Source: Bacilli bacterium (GTDB lineage Bacteria; Bacillota_I; Bacilli_A; RFN20; CAG-826). From it: 48,479 nucleotides of DNA. Below the pieces are notes generated by a model. That model was not told where the DNA came from. It saw nothing but the letters and a program-made list of their open reading frames with translations, and ran no database searches. Location: the NCBI GenBank assembly GCA_044341785.1, contig JBIIRB010000001.1:1-48479 (forward strand), given 5' to 3'. The stretch's first letter is position 1. Every line of letters starts with the position of its first letter. Shown here in pieces: positions 17,928 through 27,290 of this stretch. The position numbers and the translations under genes were made by a program.

Positions 17928-19713
17928 ATTCTACCGTTACCGATTTAGCCAAGTTTCTAGGCTTATCAATATCGTTTCCAAGATGAAGCGCGGTATAGTA
18001 AGACAAATACTGAGCAACTAATACTTTAATGAGAGGCGATAAATATACTTTAGAATCTCCTGTCACAAATTGATCATCATCTTTGGCTATCGCAAGATTA
18101 CTAATGATATAAACATTTGCTCCTCGAGCGAGCACTTCTTGAACGTTGGATCGTAACGCAGCAGCGCTCGTAGGATCAGAGATGAATACAAAAACTGGAA
18201 CGCCTTTTTTTATTAAGGCAATCGGACCATGTTTGAGTTCTCCACCTGGCAAGCCTTCGGAATGAATGTAAGTAATTTCCTTAAGCTTTAATGAAGCTTC
18301 TAAAGCCAAATCAAAATCATAGCCTCTTCCAAGAAAGAAGGCATTGGGTTGATTTTTGATTTCTGAAGCTATTTTTTCAATATCTTTTTTGGAATCAATC
18401 ACGCTTTTCATGGATTTAATCACTGCAACAAAATCAGTCAAAATAGCAGTATTTCCTACTAATGAAGCTTGCAACAAGGCTAATAAAGCAACTTGGGCAA
18501 CATACGCTTTTGTGGATGCAACCGCAATTTCAATCCCTGCATAAAGTAACAGAGTAAAATCTGCAATGCGATCAAGGGCTGAACCTTTGGTATTGGTAAT
18601 CGTTAAGATCGTGTTGCCACGTTCGGAAATAAGTTTAACCGATCGAATTAAATCAGCGGTTTCGCCACTTTGAGAAATGACAACGAACAGAGGATTATCG
18701 CCTTTTATTTCGGGATAATAAGCAAATTCACTTCCGATGTAAACACGGGTGGTTTTGCCAATCGATTCAAAATAACGCCGACCAATGAGCGCAGCATGAT
18801 AACTGGTTCCGCACGCAAGAAAAATAATTTGATCCGCTTCTTGAATTTTCTTCATCATCAAGGGATCAAAAACGAATTGATTTCCATCCGTATAGTTATC
18901 GAGCAAACGTTTGATCACTTCAGGAGCTTCTTCGATTTCTTTTAACATATAGTGGGGGTAACCATGTAAGGCAATGTCTTCAGATTTAATCTCGGTTTGG
19001 TGAAAAACCAAAGGTTTTTCTTCATGAGGATCGAGGTTTTTAACAACGACTTCTTTTTGACTGATGTAACCATATTGATAGTCAGTTAAAATATAAAAAT
19101 CTTTCGCGTAATTGAGCATCGGTAAATAGTCTGATGCTAAATAATGGGTATGTGAGCCTTTACCAATGACCAAAGGCGAATGGAGTTTAGCAAAATAAAC
19201 TTTTGAATCATCTAACTGATATAAGATTGCTAAAGCGTATGACCCTTCTAAATCTTCAAGGGTAAGTTTAATCGACAATAAGGGATCTTTTTTGGCGGTA
19301 GTTTGATAATAAAATTCTAAAAGATTGGCAATCACTTCAGTGTCGGTTTCAGAATAAAAATGAAACCCTTTATTTTCAAGTTTCTTTTTAAGGATACGAT
19401 AGTTGTCAATGACACCATTGTGGACGATATGGAAAAGCCCAGCATTGGATTGGTGAGGATGGGTATTTTTTAAATTAGGTTCGCCATGGGTCGCCCATCG
19501 TGTATGTCCAATGCCAACAGAAGCTTTCTGGTTGATTGGAATAATACGATTTAAATCATCAATGCGTGCAGGGATGCGAAAATGTTCAATTTTGCCTTGG
19601 GTTAAAAAAGCAGTTCCAGCAGAATCATAACCGCGATATTCAAGGGATTTTAAACCTTCAACTAGAAATGTTCTTAATGATTTTTCGCCTGCAGATGCTA
19701 CAATGCCACACAT
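17926..19713 (-). CDS. glmS: Glutamine--fructose-6-phosphate aminotransferase
   Basis: The true N-terminus is MCGIVASAG (Cys nucleophile) at the ATG at 19713, with AAGGAG 6 nt upstream. There are two SIS domains and the C-terminus is NLAKSVTVE. The 49-codon extension in the ORF track overlaps glmM and is rejected. Confidence 0.95.
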   Translation of the reverse strand: MCGIVASAGEKSLRTFLVEGLKSLEYRGYDSAGTAFLTQGKIEHFRIPARIDDLNRIIPINQKASVGIGHTRWATHGEPNLKNTHPHQSNAGLFHIVHNGVIDNYRILKKKLENKGFHFYSETDTEVIANLLEFYYQTTAKKDPLLSIKLTLEDLEGSYALAILYQLDDSKVYFAKLHSPLVIGKGSHTHYLASDYLPMLNYAKDFYILTDYQYGYISQKEVVVKNLDPHEEKPLVFHQTEIKSEDIALHGYPHYMLKEIEEAPEVIKRLLDNYTDGNQFVFDPLMMKKIQEADQIIFLACGTSYHAALIGRRYFESIGKTTRVYIGSEFAYYPEIKGDNPLFVVISQSGETADLIRSVKLISERGNTILTITNTKGSALDRIADFTLLLYAGIEIAVASTKAYVAQVALLALLQASLVGNTAILTDFVAVIKSMKSVIDSKKDIEKIASEIKNQPNAFFLGRGYDFDLALEASLKLKEITYIHSEGLPGGELKHGPIALIKKGVPVFVFISDPTSAAALRSNVQEVLARGANVYIISNLAIAKDDDQFVTGDSKVYLSPLIKVLVAQYLSYYTALHLGNDIDKPRNLAKSVTVE

Positions 19714-19714
19714 A

Positions 19715-21052
19715 TTATTCTCCTTGACCTTCGAGTTGATTGATAACTGCAACGATTTGATTAACATTATTTTCGCATATTTCTTGGGTTTGTGCTTCAA
19801 CCATGACGCGAATGAGCGATTCCGTGCCACTCGCACGAACAAGGATGCGACCATGCCCATTCAATGCCGATTGTTTCATTTTAATCATATCTTTGAGCAC
19901 TTGCTTATGTAAAATGGTTTCTTTATTGTTGACATGAACATTGCGAAGTACTTGCGGATATAGTTTTAATTGACTGAGGGTTTTGGAAAGCGTTAAACCC
20001 TCATCCTTGAAAAGAATATTGAAGAGCCGAACCATGGATAGCAAACCTGAACCCGTATTTAAAAGATCATAAAACATGACGTGACCTGATTGTTCACCAC
20101 CTAATATAAGTTGATGATTTTTTAATCCGAGTTGAACGTGACGATCTCCGACGGGAACTTCGATGATGGAAATGCCTTCTTGTTCTAAGGATTTTTTTAA
20201 TCCTAAATTACTCATGATGGTTAAAACAACTTGATTTTTGACAAGTATATTATTTTTCTTCATTTCCAAAGCGTGAATAAAAATTTGGGCATCCCCATCA
20301 ATCGTGAATCCATTCGGTAGCATAGCCATCATGCGGTCCCCGTCACCATCAAAAGAAACACCAAGAAGGTATTTCCCTTTTTTTAAACCATCTTTTAACG
20401 AATCTAAGTAGGTCGCACCGGAAAGATAATTAATATTTTTTCCATTAGGTTGGTGATGAATGAGTTCAACATTTAGACCCAACTTTTGAATCAATAATGA
20501 AATGAGGTAAGAAACCGAACCATTTGCACAATCAATTAAAACTTTCCCCTTAGGAGACTTGAATGTCGCTTGTTGAGCAATAAAGTCAATGTATTGATGG
20601 ATTAAATCTTTTCCATCCACGATGGTTCCTTTAGTTCTTTGTTTTAATGGAACTGGATGGTCGAGGAATTGTTCAATCAATGATTCAACATCTTCACTTA
20701 ATTTTTCGCCTTTGTGATTAAAAATTTTAATGCCATTATCCTCAAAGGGATTATGAGAAGCAGAAATCATGAATGCAAAATCAAAATTTTTAGTTGATGA
20801 GAGTAAATAGGAAAGGGATGGCGTGGTCGTATAACCCAAATCAATCACCGTAGCGCCACGTTCAATTAAGGCTTGTTTAATAGCTTCAGAAAGTAATGGA
20901 GATGAATATCGCGGATCTTGTCCAATCAAAATTCGATTGGTTTTTCCATGAGGATAATCACCTAAAAATAACCCTATATTTCTCGCTAAAGAAGGGGTAA
21001 GCATGTCACCGAAGCGTCCTCTAACACCATCGGTTCCAAAGTATTTCCCCAT
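19715..21052 (-). CDS. glmM: Phosphoglucosamine mutase
   Basis: Contains GTDGVRG, the phosphoserine loop ISASHNPFEDNGIK, and FDGDGDR. Confidence 0.95.
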   Translation of the reverse strand: MGKYFGTDGVRGRFGDMLTPSLARNIGLFLGDYPHGKTNRILIGQDPRYSSPLLSEAIKQALIERGATVIDLGYTTTPSLSYLLSSTKNFDFAFMISASHNPFEDNGIKIFNHKGEKLSEDVESLIEQFLDHPVPLKQRTKGTIVDGKDLIHQYIDFIAQQATFKSPKGKVLIDCANGSVSYLISLLIQKLGLNVELIHHQPNGKNINYLSGATYLDSLKDGLKKGKYLLGVSFDGDGDRMMAMLPNGFTIDGDAQIFIHALEMKKNNILVKNQVVLTIMSNLGLKKSLEQEGISIIEVPVGDRHVQLGLKNHQLILGGEQSGHVMFYDLLNTGSGLLSMVRLFNILFKDEGLTLSKTLSQLKLYPQVLRNVHVNNKETILHKQVLKDMIKMKQSALNGHGRILVRASGTESLIRVMVEAQTQEICENNVNQIVAVINQLEGQGE

Positions 21053-21054
21053 GA

Positions 21055-21810
21055 TTAATTACTCGTATTAGCTTCCATATAATGAACAAGAACTTTTTGA
21101 AAATTATCATGAAAAACAGCTTCGAGTTCACCACCATAAGCAATCGAAATTCTTCCGGTTTCTTCAGAAACCACAACCGTGACCGAATCGGATAATTCAG
21201 AAATACCAATGGCAGCGCGATGGCGTGAACCATACTTACCGGCCATAGGTTTAGTGGTGGGGGTGTAATAAACGGATGCGGCTATGATTAACCCATTGCG
21301 AACCACAATTGCACCATCATGTAAACGTGTGCCTTGGAAAAAAATGGTCATGATTAATTCAGACGAAATTGGTGCATTAATTTCAACACCGTTCTTCATA
21401 AACTCATTCAGATTTTGCTTTTTTTCAAGTGTAATAATCGCCCCTGTTTTGGTTTTAGATAAATATCCTACAGCTTCATTAATTTCTTGATAAACTTTTT
21501 GATTTTCATCTGCAGTTTGAACAATTTTCTTTTGTTTAAATTTAAACAGATTATCAATGAGTGCTTTAATATCAATCATGTTAAATTCAACAAAAATATA
21601 AACGAGTAAGGCGAATAAAAAAATGAGAACAAAGGTTAAAAATCCAAACTGGAAAAAATAGTAACTCACAATAATGCCAGCGTATAAAAGAATGAACGGT
21701 AAAGAATAAAATTTTCGAGTAACATAAATGATAATAAAAAGAGGGACTAAAATTAAAAACAAAATTCCTAACCCGAAATCGATTTGATTTATCATTTGAT
21801 TGAACACCAT
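21055..21810 (-). CDS. cdaA: Diadenylate cyclase CdaA (membrane-anchored DAC domain)
   Basis: Three N-terminal TM helices, then a DAC domain with LHDGAIVV and GSRHRAAIG motifs. It sits directly upstream of glmM. Confidence 0.9.
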   Translation of the reverse strand: MVFNQMINQIDFGLGILFLILVPLFIIIYVTRKFYSLPFILLYAGIIVSYYFFQFGFLTFVLIFLFALLVYIFVEFNMIDIKALIDNLFKFKQKKIVQTADENQKVYQEINEAVGYLSKTKTGAIITLEKKQNLNEFMKNGVEINAPISSELIMTIFFQGTRLHDGAIVVRNGLIIAASVYYTPTTKPMAGKYGSRHRAAIGISELSDSVTVVVSEETGRISIAYGGELEAVFHDNFQKVLVHYMEANTSN

Positions 21811-21896
21811 ATCGTGTAATTTAAGTTTTTACTTGTCAGCTTTCTATAAGTAGTTTATCAAAACTTTCTTGATTAATAAATGCTTTTAATGACTTT

Positions 21897-21970
21897 TGGA
21901 GCAGCCAACGGGAATCGAACCCGCATATTCAGCTTGGGAAGCTGACGTTCTACCACTGAACTATGGCTGC
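21897..21970 (-). tRNA. tRNA-Gly(CCC): tRNA-Gly, anticodon CCC
   Basis: The reverse complement folds as GCAGCCA-TA-GTTC-AGTGGTA-GAAC-G-TCAGC-TTCCCAA-GCTGA-ATAT-GCGGG-TTCGATT-CCCGT-TGGCTGC-T-CCA. The discriminator U fits Gly. Confidence 0.85.
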
Positions 21971-21996
21971 ATTTAAACAATTATAAGATATTTTTA

Positions 21997-22025
21997 CAAA
22001 AAAACCACCAATCAATCGGTGGTTT
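21997..22025 (-). terminator. Intrinsic terminator between tRNA-Val and tRNA-Gly
   Basis: Minus strand: AAACCACC-gattgatt-GGTGGTTT followed by a further TTTT run. Confidence 0.6.
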
Positions 22026-22036
22026 AATGACTTCGA

Positions 22037-22112
22037 TGGTGGATGCTGAGGGGATCGAACCCCCGACCTTCTGTACGTCAAACAGATGCTCTCCCAGCTG
22101 AGCTAAACATCC
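22037..22112 (-). tRNA. tRNA-Val(GAC): tRNA-Val, anticodon GAC
   Basis: Reverse complement: GGATGTT-TA-GCTC-AGCTGGGA-GAGC-A-TCTGT-TTGACGT-ACAGA-AGGTC-GGGGG-TTCGATC-CCCTC-AGCATCC-A-CCA. The body resembles Bacillus tRNA-Val. Confidence 0.85.
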
Positions 22113-22118
22113 AATGGC

Positions 22119-22194
22119 TGGTGCCGACGATAGGAATCGAACCTACAACCTACTGATTACGATTCAGTTGCTCTGCCAATTGAGCTACGTCGGC
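22119..22194 (-). tRNA. tRNA-Thr(CGU): tRNA-Thr, anticodon CGU
   Basis: Reverse complement: GCCGACG-TA-GCTC-AATTGGCA-GAGC-A-ACTGA-ATCGTAA-TCAGT-AGGTT-GTAGG-TTCGATT-CCTAT-CGTCGGC-A-CCA. It is 6 nt from tRNA-Val. A TTGATA-17 nt-TATATT promoter lies upstream. Confidence 0.88.
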
Positions 22195-22326
22195 GCAACT
22201 TCCTAACGGCTTTTATTAATATATATGTTATCCACAAAATTATCAAGTATCTCTATTCAATTTTCTAAGTCTATTCATGCGATTGTCTTTCATTTTTTCG
22301 GTGCTATAATAATGTAGGTTTTTTAG

Positions 22327-23688
22327 ATGAAACTGCATCAACATTCTTTTAAAAACGTTTTTTGGCCGCTACTAATTGAAACTTTTTTTGCTGTGCTTGT
22401 TGGTTTGACTGATACCCTCATGCTTTATGCTGTGGGGACCACTTCAGTTGCCGCTGTCGGAAGTGCTTTCACCTATTTAAGTTTTATCAACGTCATCTTT
22501 GTGGTGATTGCGTCTGGAATGCTGGCTGTGTTTACTCAATACGTAGGGGCAGGTCAAGCTGAGGTTACTAAAAAGGCTCGTAATTTATCTTTGCTCATCA
22601 ATGGTGGTTTAGCTTTATTCGTAACGTTATTGATCTTTTTAGTCGGTCCTTTCTTTCTTGAGTTTGTCCTAAAAGATACTTTACTTTTGGTGGAAGCTAG
22701 ACAATATTTTTTAATTGTTGGTGCAGGAACTATTTTTGCCGCTCTTAATCCGTTATTAGGCAATTATATGCGTTCTTTTGGTCATGACAAATCACCGATG
22801 TTTGCAAATATTTTTGCCAATATTGTGAACATTACGCTGAACTATTTATCGATTTATGTTTTTGATTGGGGCGTGATGGGTGTTGCTTGGGCGACGACCA
22901 TTTCCTTCTTTGTACAATTTTTAGTTAACGTCATTCTAGGTAATATTCATTTAGAAAAAGTTAACATTCCTGCTAAGGTTTCTTATCATAAATTACTAAG
23001 TGATGCTTTAAAAGTTGGCTTACCCTCTGCTATTGAAGCGTTTATGCTTTTAGGAACCATGTCAATCATCATCACCATGTTGAATCAGTTTGATACGAGT
23101 GGTATTCATACTGCTGCCCGTGTAACTGTTGAACATATCGCCCGCCTTGCCTTCGTTCCCGGAGCTGCTTTAGCCCACGCTTCATCCATTAAAACTGGAT
23201 TTTATGTTGGAGCAGGAAATTATCAAAAAGCTCAGCGAAGAATTAACCTCATCACCTTTTGGGGTATGGTTGTATCGCTGTGTCTTTCCTTATTACTGGC
23301 GATATTCCCTGAATGGATTGTTTATTTATTTATGGAAGCCGAACATGTTGAAGGCATTCATTTCATTGAGGAACTTCAACTCATTCGAATCATTTTATGG
23401 ATCAATATCATTGTTGAATTAGGAAGAAATGCAAACGTGATCATAGGCGAATCATTAAAAGTCACCGGGGATGCACTTTTTCTAAGCATCACGAGTTTTA
23501 TCTCTGAAAGTATCTTAGCAATAGGGTTGTCGTATTATTTTGGTTTAGTTTTAGAAATGGGCGTTGTTGGCGTATTTATCGCAATAGCTTTAGATGAAGC
23601 TTTTCGCGGGTCCTTATTCTTCTATCGATGGTATCACCGTCGCTGGCGGAGCAAAGTTTTTATACAAGTCCCTAGCGTCCAAGCTTAG
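22327..23688 (+). CDS. MATE-family efflux transporter
   Basis: 453 aa with a 12-TM pattern of two 6-helix halves and a MatE-like N-terminus (WPLLIETFFAVLVGLTDTLML). A TGCTATAAT extended -10 lies about 20 nt upstream. Confidence 0.8.
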   Translation: MKLHQHSFKNVFWPLLIETFFAVLVGLTDTLMLYAVGTTSVAAVGSAFTYLSFINVIFVVIASGMLAVFTQYVGAGQAEVTKKARNLSLLINGGLALFVTLLIFLVGPFFLEFVLKDTLLLVEARQYFLIVGAGTIFAALNPLLGNYMRSFGHDKSPMFANIFANIVNITLNYLSIYVFDWGVMGVAWATTISFFVQFLVNVILGNIHLEKVNIPAKVSYHKLLSDALKVGLPSAIEAFMLLGTMSIIITMLNQFDTSGIHTAARVTVEHIARLAFVPGAALAHASSIKTGFYVGAGNYQKAQRRINLITFWGMVVSLCLSLLLAIFPEWIVYLFMEAEHVEGIHFIEELQLIRIILWINIIVELGRNANVIIGESLKVTGDALFLSITSFISESILAIGLSYYFGLVLEMGVVGVFIAIALDEAFRGSLFFYRWYHRRWRSKVFIQVPSVQA

Positions 23689-23690
23689 TT

Positions 23691-23777
23691 TGGTGCCTCC
23701 GGTCGGACTCGAACCGACATGATATCACTATCGATAGATTTTGAGTCTATTGCGTCTACCAGTTCCACCACGGAGGC
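23691..23777 (-). tRNA. tRNA-Leu(CAA): tRNA-Leu, anticodon CAA
   Basis: The reverse complement has acceptor GCCTCCG/CGGAGGC, anticodon stem ATAGA/TCTAT, loop CTCAAAA, a long variable arm, T arm TCGGT-TCGAGTC-CGACC... and an encoded CCA. It begins 2 nt after the convergent MATE stop. Confidence 0.88.
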
Positions 23778-23856
23778 AGCGACATAATTATAGCGATTCA
23801 GATAAAAAATAACAATGATGATTCATATGAATTAAACTATTAACAAGGAGTCATCC

Positions 23857-24141
23857 ATGGATATCAAATCTAAAGAAGGATGCTATTACATCGTCAATGA
23901 AAACCAAGACATGGTTGCCCACATTGATTATCATTTTGATTCGCAAGCGCGCATGGTGGTCACAAGTACGTACGTTCATCCTTCATTACGAGGGCAAGGT
24001 ATTGCCAATCGATTGATGGAAAAAATCATTGCGTTGGCTATCCAAGAAAAGCGTTTCATTATTCCTATTTGTAGTTTTGCGGTTAAAGTATTATCGCAAC
24101 CGGCTTATATACATTTAAAAGATCCAACTTGGCGCGCTTGA
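23857..24141 (+). CDS. Small GNAT-like N-acetyltransferase (YjdJ-type)
   Basis: 94 aa. HPSLRGQGIANRLMEKIIALA is the acetyl-CoA-binding R/Q-x-x-G-x-G/A motif. AAGGAG lies 7 nt upstream of the ATG. Confidence 0.7.
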   Translation: MDIKSKEGCYYIVNENQDMVAHIDYHFDSQARMVVTSTYVHPSLRGQGIANRLMEKIIALAIQEKRFIIPICSFAVKVLSQPAYIHLKDPTWRA

Positions 24142-24206
24142 GACGATTCGAACGTCTGACCCCAACCTTCGGAGGGTTGTGCTCTAATCCACTGAGCTAC
24201 AAGCGC
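24130..24206 (-). tRNA. tRNA-Arg(CCG): tRNA-Arg, anticodon CCG
   Basis: Reverse complement: GCGCTTG-TA-GCTC-AGTGGATTA-GAGC-A-CAACC-CTCCGAA-GGTTG-GGGTC-AGACG-TTCGAAT-CGTCT-CAAGCGC-G-CCA. Confidence 0.9.
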
Positions 24207-24240
24207 ATGAATGTAGCATATCACCTTGAAGCGAAAAATA

Positions 24241-24271
24241 AAAAGGTGAACGCAAAGCTCACCTTTTTTTT
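24241..24271 (-). terminator. Terminator-like hairpin after nqrF
   Basis: Minus strand: A-run, GGTGA-gctttgcgt-TCACC, then TTTT. A/T runs on both sides extend the stem. Confidence 0.5.
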
Positions 24272-24280
24272 GTTCATGAA

Positions 24281-25366
24281 TTAGGAGAATTTATCAAAGT
24301 AAACGTTTTCGGTTTTGATTTGGTGTTTATTTAATACTTTGATACACGCATCAATCATGCCCGGGGATCCACATAAATAAGCTTCATGATTTTCTAGACC
24401 TCCGGTCATACGATCTAAAACATCGGTGATTAAACCAGTTGCACCTTTCCAATTATCATTAGGCAAAGGACTAGAAAGTGCCGGGATATACTCGAAATTT
24501 GGATATTCTTTTTGAAGTTGTGCAAACTCAGCATCATAGTAAAGATCTTTGACGGCTTTAGCACCGAAGAAATAACGGACCTTTCTGGGCATGCCTAAGC
24601 GTTTTAAACGAGCAAGAATGGATCGAATGGGTGCTTTTCCAGATCCACCTGCGATACACACGATATCTTTCGTGGATTGTTCTTGGAGATAAAAATTACC
24701 ATAAGGACCGGTTACAATTAACTTATCACCTTCCTGAAGAGCCTGAAATACATAGGTGGAAACCACACCTTTAGGAACAAATCGCACAATGAATTCAATA
24801 TGACTTGGATCCGCCGGATCGGAAGCAATGGAATACGCTCGTACAACATCGATTCCTGGGACTTTAATTTGGGCATATTGTCCAGGTTTAAATGGCATGG
24901 TTCTTGGATTCAATAGTTGAAAACGAAGCAACTTTATATCGTAGGTTAATTGTTCCATTTTGACGAGTTTGACTGAAAATTCTTTGGCTGTTAACATCGA
25001 AGATGGGATTTCAATTTTAATAGTCCCTTGGGGCTTAACTTGGCAAGATAAACGAACACCGGTGGCTTTATCGTTAGCGCTTAACATGGGAGTTTCAGTT
25101 GGACGAACATCACCGCCACCTTCTGTGACTTTGCATTTACATAGACCGCATGTGGCTTTACCACCGCAAGCCGAAGGAATAAAAATTTTGTTTTGCGCAA
25201 GCACATTAAGCAATGTGTCATCGCCGGTAAAATTAATTGTCTTTAGGTTATTAATGACAACGGCTTTAGGACCACTGTTGCCAAGAATCACATCCACAAA
25301 AATAATTATTAAAGTGATGATGAACAATACTGCAATGAGGATAAGTGGGGAATAAAAGACTTCCAT
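24281..25366 (-). CDS. nqrF: NqrF-type subunit: TM anchor plus 2Fe-2S ferredoxin plus FAD/NAD(H)-binding reductase
   Basis: N-terminal TM helix, a 2Fe-2S cysteine cluster (ACGGKATCGLCKC ... LSCQV), the FAD motif RAYSIAS and the NAD(H) motif IAGGSGKAPIRS. Confidence 0.85.
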   Translation of the reverse strand: MEVFYSPLILIAVLFIITLIIIFVDVILGNSGPKAVVINNLKTINFTGDDTLLNVLAQNKIFIPSACGGKATCGLCKCKVTEGGGDVRPTETPMLSANDKATGVRLSCQVKPQGTIKIEIPSSMLTAKEFSVKLVKMEQLTYDIKLLRFQLLNPRTMPFKPGQYAQIKVPGIDVVRAYSIASDPADPSHIEFIVRFVPKGVVSTYVFQALQEGDKLIVTGPYGNFYLQEQSTKDIVCIAGGSGKAPIRSILARLKRLGMPRKVRYFFGAKAVKDLYYDAEFAQLQKEYPNFEYIPALSSPLPNDNWKGATGLITDVLDRMTGGLENHEAYLCGSPGMIDACIKVLNKHQIKTENVYFDKFS

Positions 25367-25381
25367 GTTAAAAACCTTTCT

Positions 25382-25978
25382 TTATTGTACGACTGGTTGT
25401 AAACTGGCTAAACCAGCAAAACCAATAAACGCTAACGCAAGAATTCCCAAGATGACAAAGGCAATCGCTTTGCCTTTAAGACCTTTAGGTAAATCTGAAA
25501 CCACTGACATTTTTTCTCTCACTGAGGCGAGTAATGTAATCGCAATTGCCCACCCGACGGAAGATCCAAAGGCAAAAACGGTGGTTTCCCAAAAACCGTA
25601 TTCATAGTTCACAAAAAATAAAGAAACTGCTAAGACGATGCAATTGACCGTAATTAAAGGAAGGTAAATACCAAATGTATTATAAAGTGCTGGAAGAAAA
25701 CGTTGAATCGCAATTTCAAGGAATTGAACTGTGGCTGCAATGGTAATCATAAAGACTAAAAGATCTAAGGTTTCCGTTTCCGTTGCCACTAAAAATTGAT
25801 AAATAGGCCAGTTAAGCATCGCGGTTAATGTCGTAACAATAATCACAGCGATTCCCATTCCTTTGGCGTTCGAAACATTCGTGGAAATAGCAATTAAAGG
25901 ACACATACCCAAAATGGATGCTAAGGCGATGTTAAACGGAAGTAAGGAAGCTAAGAAAATTTCTAATAATGCATTCAT
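25382..25978 (-). CDS. nqrE: NqrE/RnfA-family integral membrane subunit
   Basis: 198 aa with 6 TM helices. The conserved cysteines are in GMCPLIAIS (Cys26) and PLITVNCIVLAV. Confidence 0.85.
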   Translation of the reverse strand: MNALLEIFLASLLPFNIALASILGMCPLIAISTNVSNAKGMGIAVIIVTTLTAMLNWPIYQFLVATETETLDLLVFMITIAATVQFLEIAIQRFLPALYNTFGIYLPLITVNCIVLAVSLFFVNYEYGFWETTVFAFGSSVGWAIAITLLASVREKMSVVSDLPKGLKGKAIAFVILGILALAFIGFAGLASLQPVVQ

Positions 25979-25992
25979 GGTTGTTTCCTCGT

Positions 25993-26619
25993 TTATTCTT
26001 CGTAATACTTAAGCCAAACGCGAAGACCCCAAATAAAGAGAGCAATAACAAAGAACCCTCCAGGAGCAATCGCAAAAATAATCCAATTTATCCAGTCGGT
26101 AGGCATCACTTGAAAATTAAGAATAGTTCCTTGAGAGAACGCTTCCCGAATGACTGACATCATTAAAAGAACGAACGTGTAACCTAAACCCGAGGCAAGA
26201 GCATCAATCGTTGAATAACGGACGGGATTTTTAACTGCAAACGCTTCTGCACGACCCATCACAATACAATTCGTGATGATTAAACCAACGTAGGCACCTA
26301 ATCGTTCAGCAATTTCAGGAGTATAGGCTTTTAAAAACATTTCAAAAATGATGGTGAAGGCAGAAATAATCACCATATACGTCACCATGCGAACTTGAGA
26401 GGGAATATAATTTCGAATCAATGAAATAAATGCACTTGAGAGCATCGTGACAAAGGTAACACCTAACCCCATTGCAATGGCGTTCTCCACCATATTGGCG
26501 ACCGCTAAGGATGAACAAATCCCGAGCACCGTCACCACAATCGGGTTATTGCGAGCAATACCATCTCGCAAAACATTAAACCATTTTGTGTAATTCAGTC
26601 TTAATAAAAATTTTTTCAT
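25993..26619 (-). CDS. nqrD: NqrD/RnfE-family integral membrane subunit
   Basis: 208 aa; contains NNPIVVTVLGICSSLAV and GLIITNCIVMGRAEAF. Confidence 0.85.
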   Translation of the reverse strand: MKKFLLRLNYTKWFNVLRDGIARNNPIVVTVLGICSSLAVANMVENAIAMGLGVTFVTMLSSAFISLIRNYIPSQVRMVTYMVIISAFTIIFEMFLKAYTPEIAERLGAYVGLIITNCIVMGRAEAFAVKNPVRYSTIDALASGLGYTFVLLMMSVIREAFSQGTILNFQVMPTDWINWIIFAIAPGGFFVIALFIWGLRVWLKYYEE

Positions 26620-26620
26620 C

Positions 26621-27289
26621 TTAAATGACTCCTAACGAGTTTTCCCAATCAGCATTTCCTGACGGATTGATTTGGACACGATACGTTTCATTGAGCAATA
26701 ACTCAAATTGCTTTGACGTTCGGGTTGCTCCGACAATCGACGTGACATAATTTTCTAAAGCGGCGGAATCTTGGGTTTTATCAATCCGAAGTTCCGGCAC
26801 CATCATTTTATCTTTCAACTCGTCTAAGAATTTGGCTTCTTTAACTTTGGCACCTAAACCAGGAGTCTCTTTTTGTGAAATAATCGCAACTGATTCAATC
26901 GTTTCTAAATCATCTTCTAAGGTTAAAAAACCAACGATCGGCCCCCAAACACCGGCACCAAAGTTTTTGTTAAACTCAATAGTGACTGATAATGTCGTTT
27001 TATTGCGATAGGCGACTAATTCAAGGGGATTCTCTTCAGTATATTTCTTATACACAACCGTACCTTGAATGGTTTCGATTTCTGCTTCAAAAACCTCGGC
27101 GAGATTGTCATTAGTAAAATCGGTTACACCTTGACTGCGAAGAACCGTCGATTGCCTTAATGTTAAATCATTTTGTTCAATTAATCCTTTTGTCAATAAA
27201 TCCGTAACCGTTAAAAGCGTTGCCGTGATGACACCCATTAGTAAGACAAAAAACACAATCTTGCCATATTGCGAAAGACGTTGATTCAT
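26621..27289 (-). CDS. nqrC: NqrC/RnfG-family FMN-binding subunit
   Basis: N-terminal TM anchor plus an FMN_bind domain. The covalent-FMN threonine motif (S/T)GAT is present as SIVGATRTS. Confidence 0.8.
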   Translation of the reverse strand: MNQRLSQYGKIVFFVLLMGVITATLLTVTDLLTKGLIEQNDLTLRQSTVLRSQGVTDFTNDNLAEVFEAEIETIQGTVVYKKYTEENPLELVAYRNKTTLSVTIEFNKNFGAGVWGPIVGFLTLEDDLETIESVAIISQKETPGLGAKVKEAKFLDELKDKMMVPELRIDKTQDSAALENYVTSIVGATRTSKQFELLLNETYRVQINPSGNADWENSLGVI

Positions 27290-27290
27290 A

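Noticed and set aside
19714-19800. Looked for a glmS ribozyme upstream of glmS
   Set aside because: There is only 1 nt between the glmM stop and the glmS ATG, and the upstream sequence is glmM coding sequence. There is no room for the ribozyme of about 170 nt.
19714-19860. 49-codon N-terminal extension of the glmS ORF in the supplied track (MGMVASLF...)
   Set aside because: It lies entirely inside the 3' end of glmM in another frame. GlmS must begin with Met-Cys (MCGIV), and that ATG at 19713 has a strong AAGGAG RBS.
24960-25355. 131-aa plus-strand ORF (also 25365-25607 and 25969-26157) opposite the nqr genes
   Set aside because: These are antisense shadow ORFs fully inside well-supported minus-strand genes. 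They have no RBS, a low-complexity composition and no recognisable motifs.
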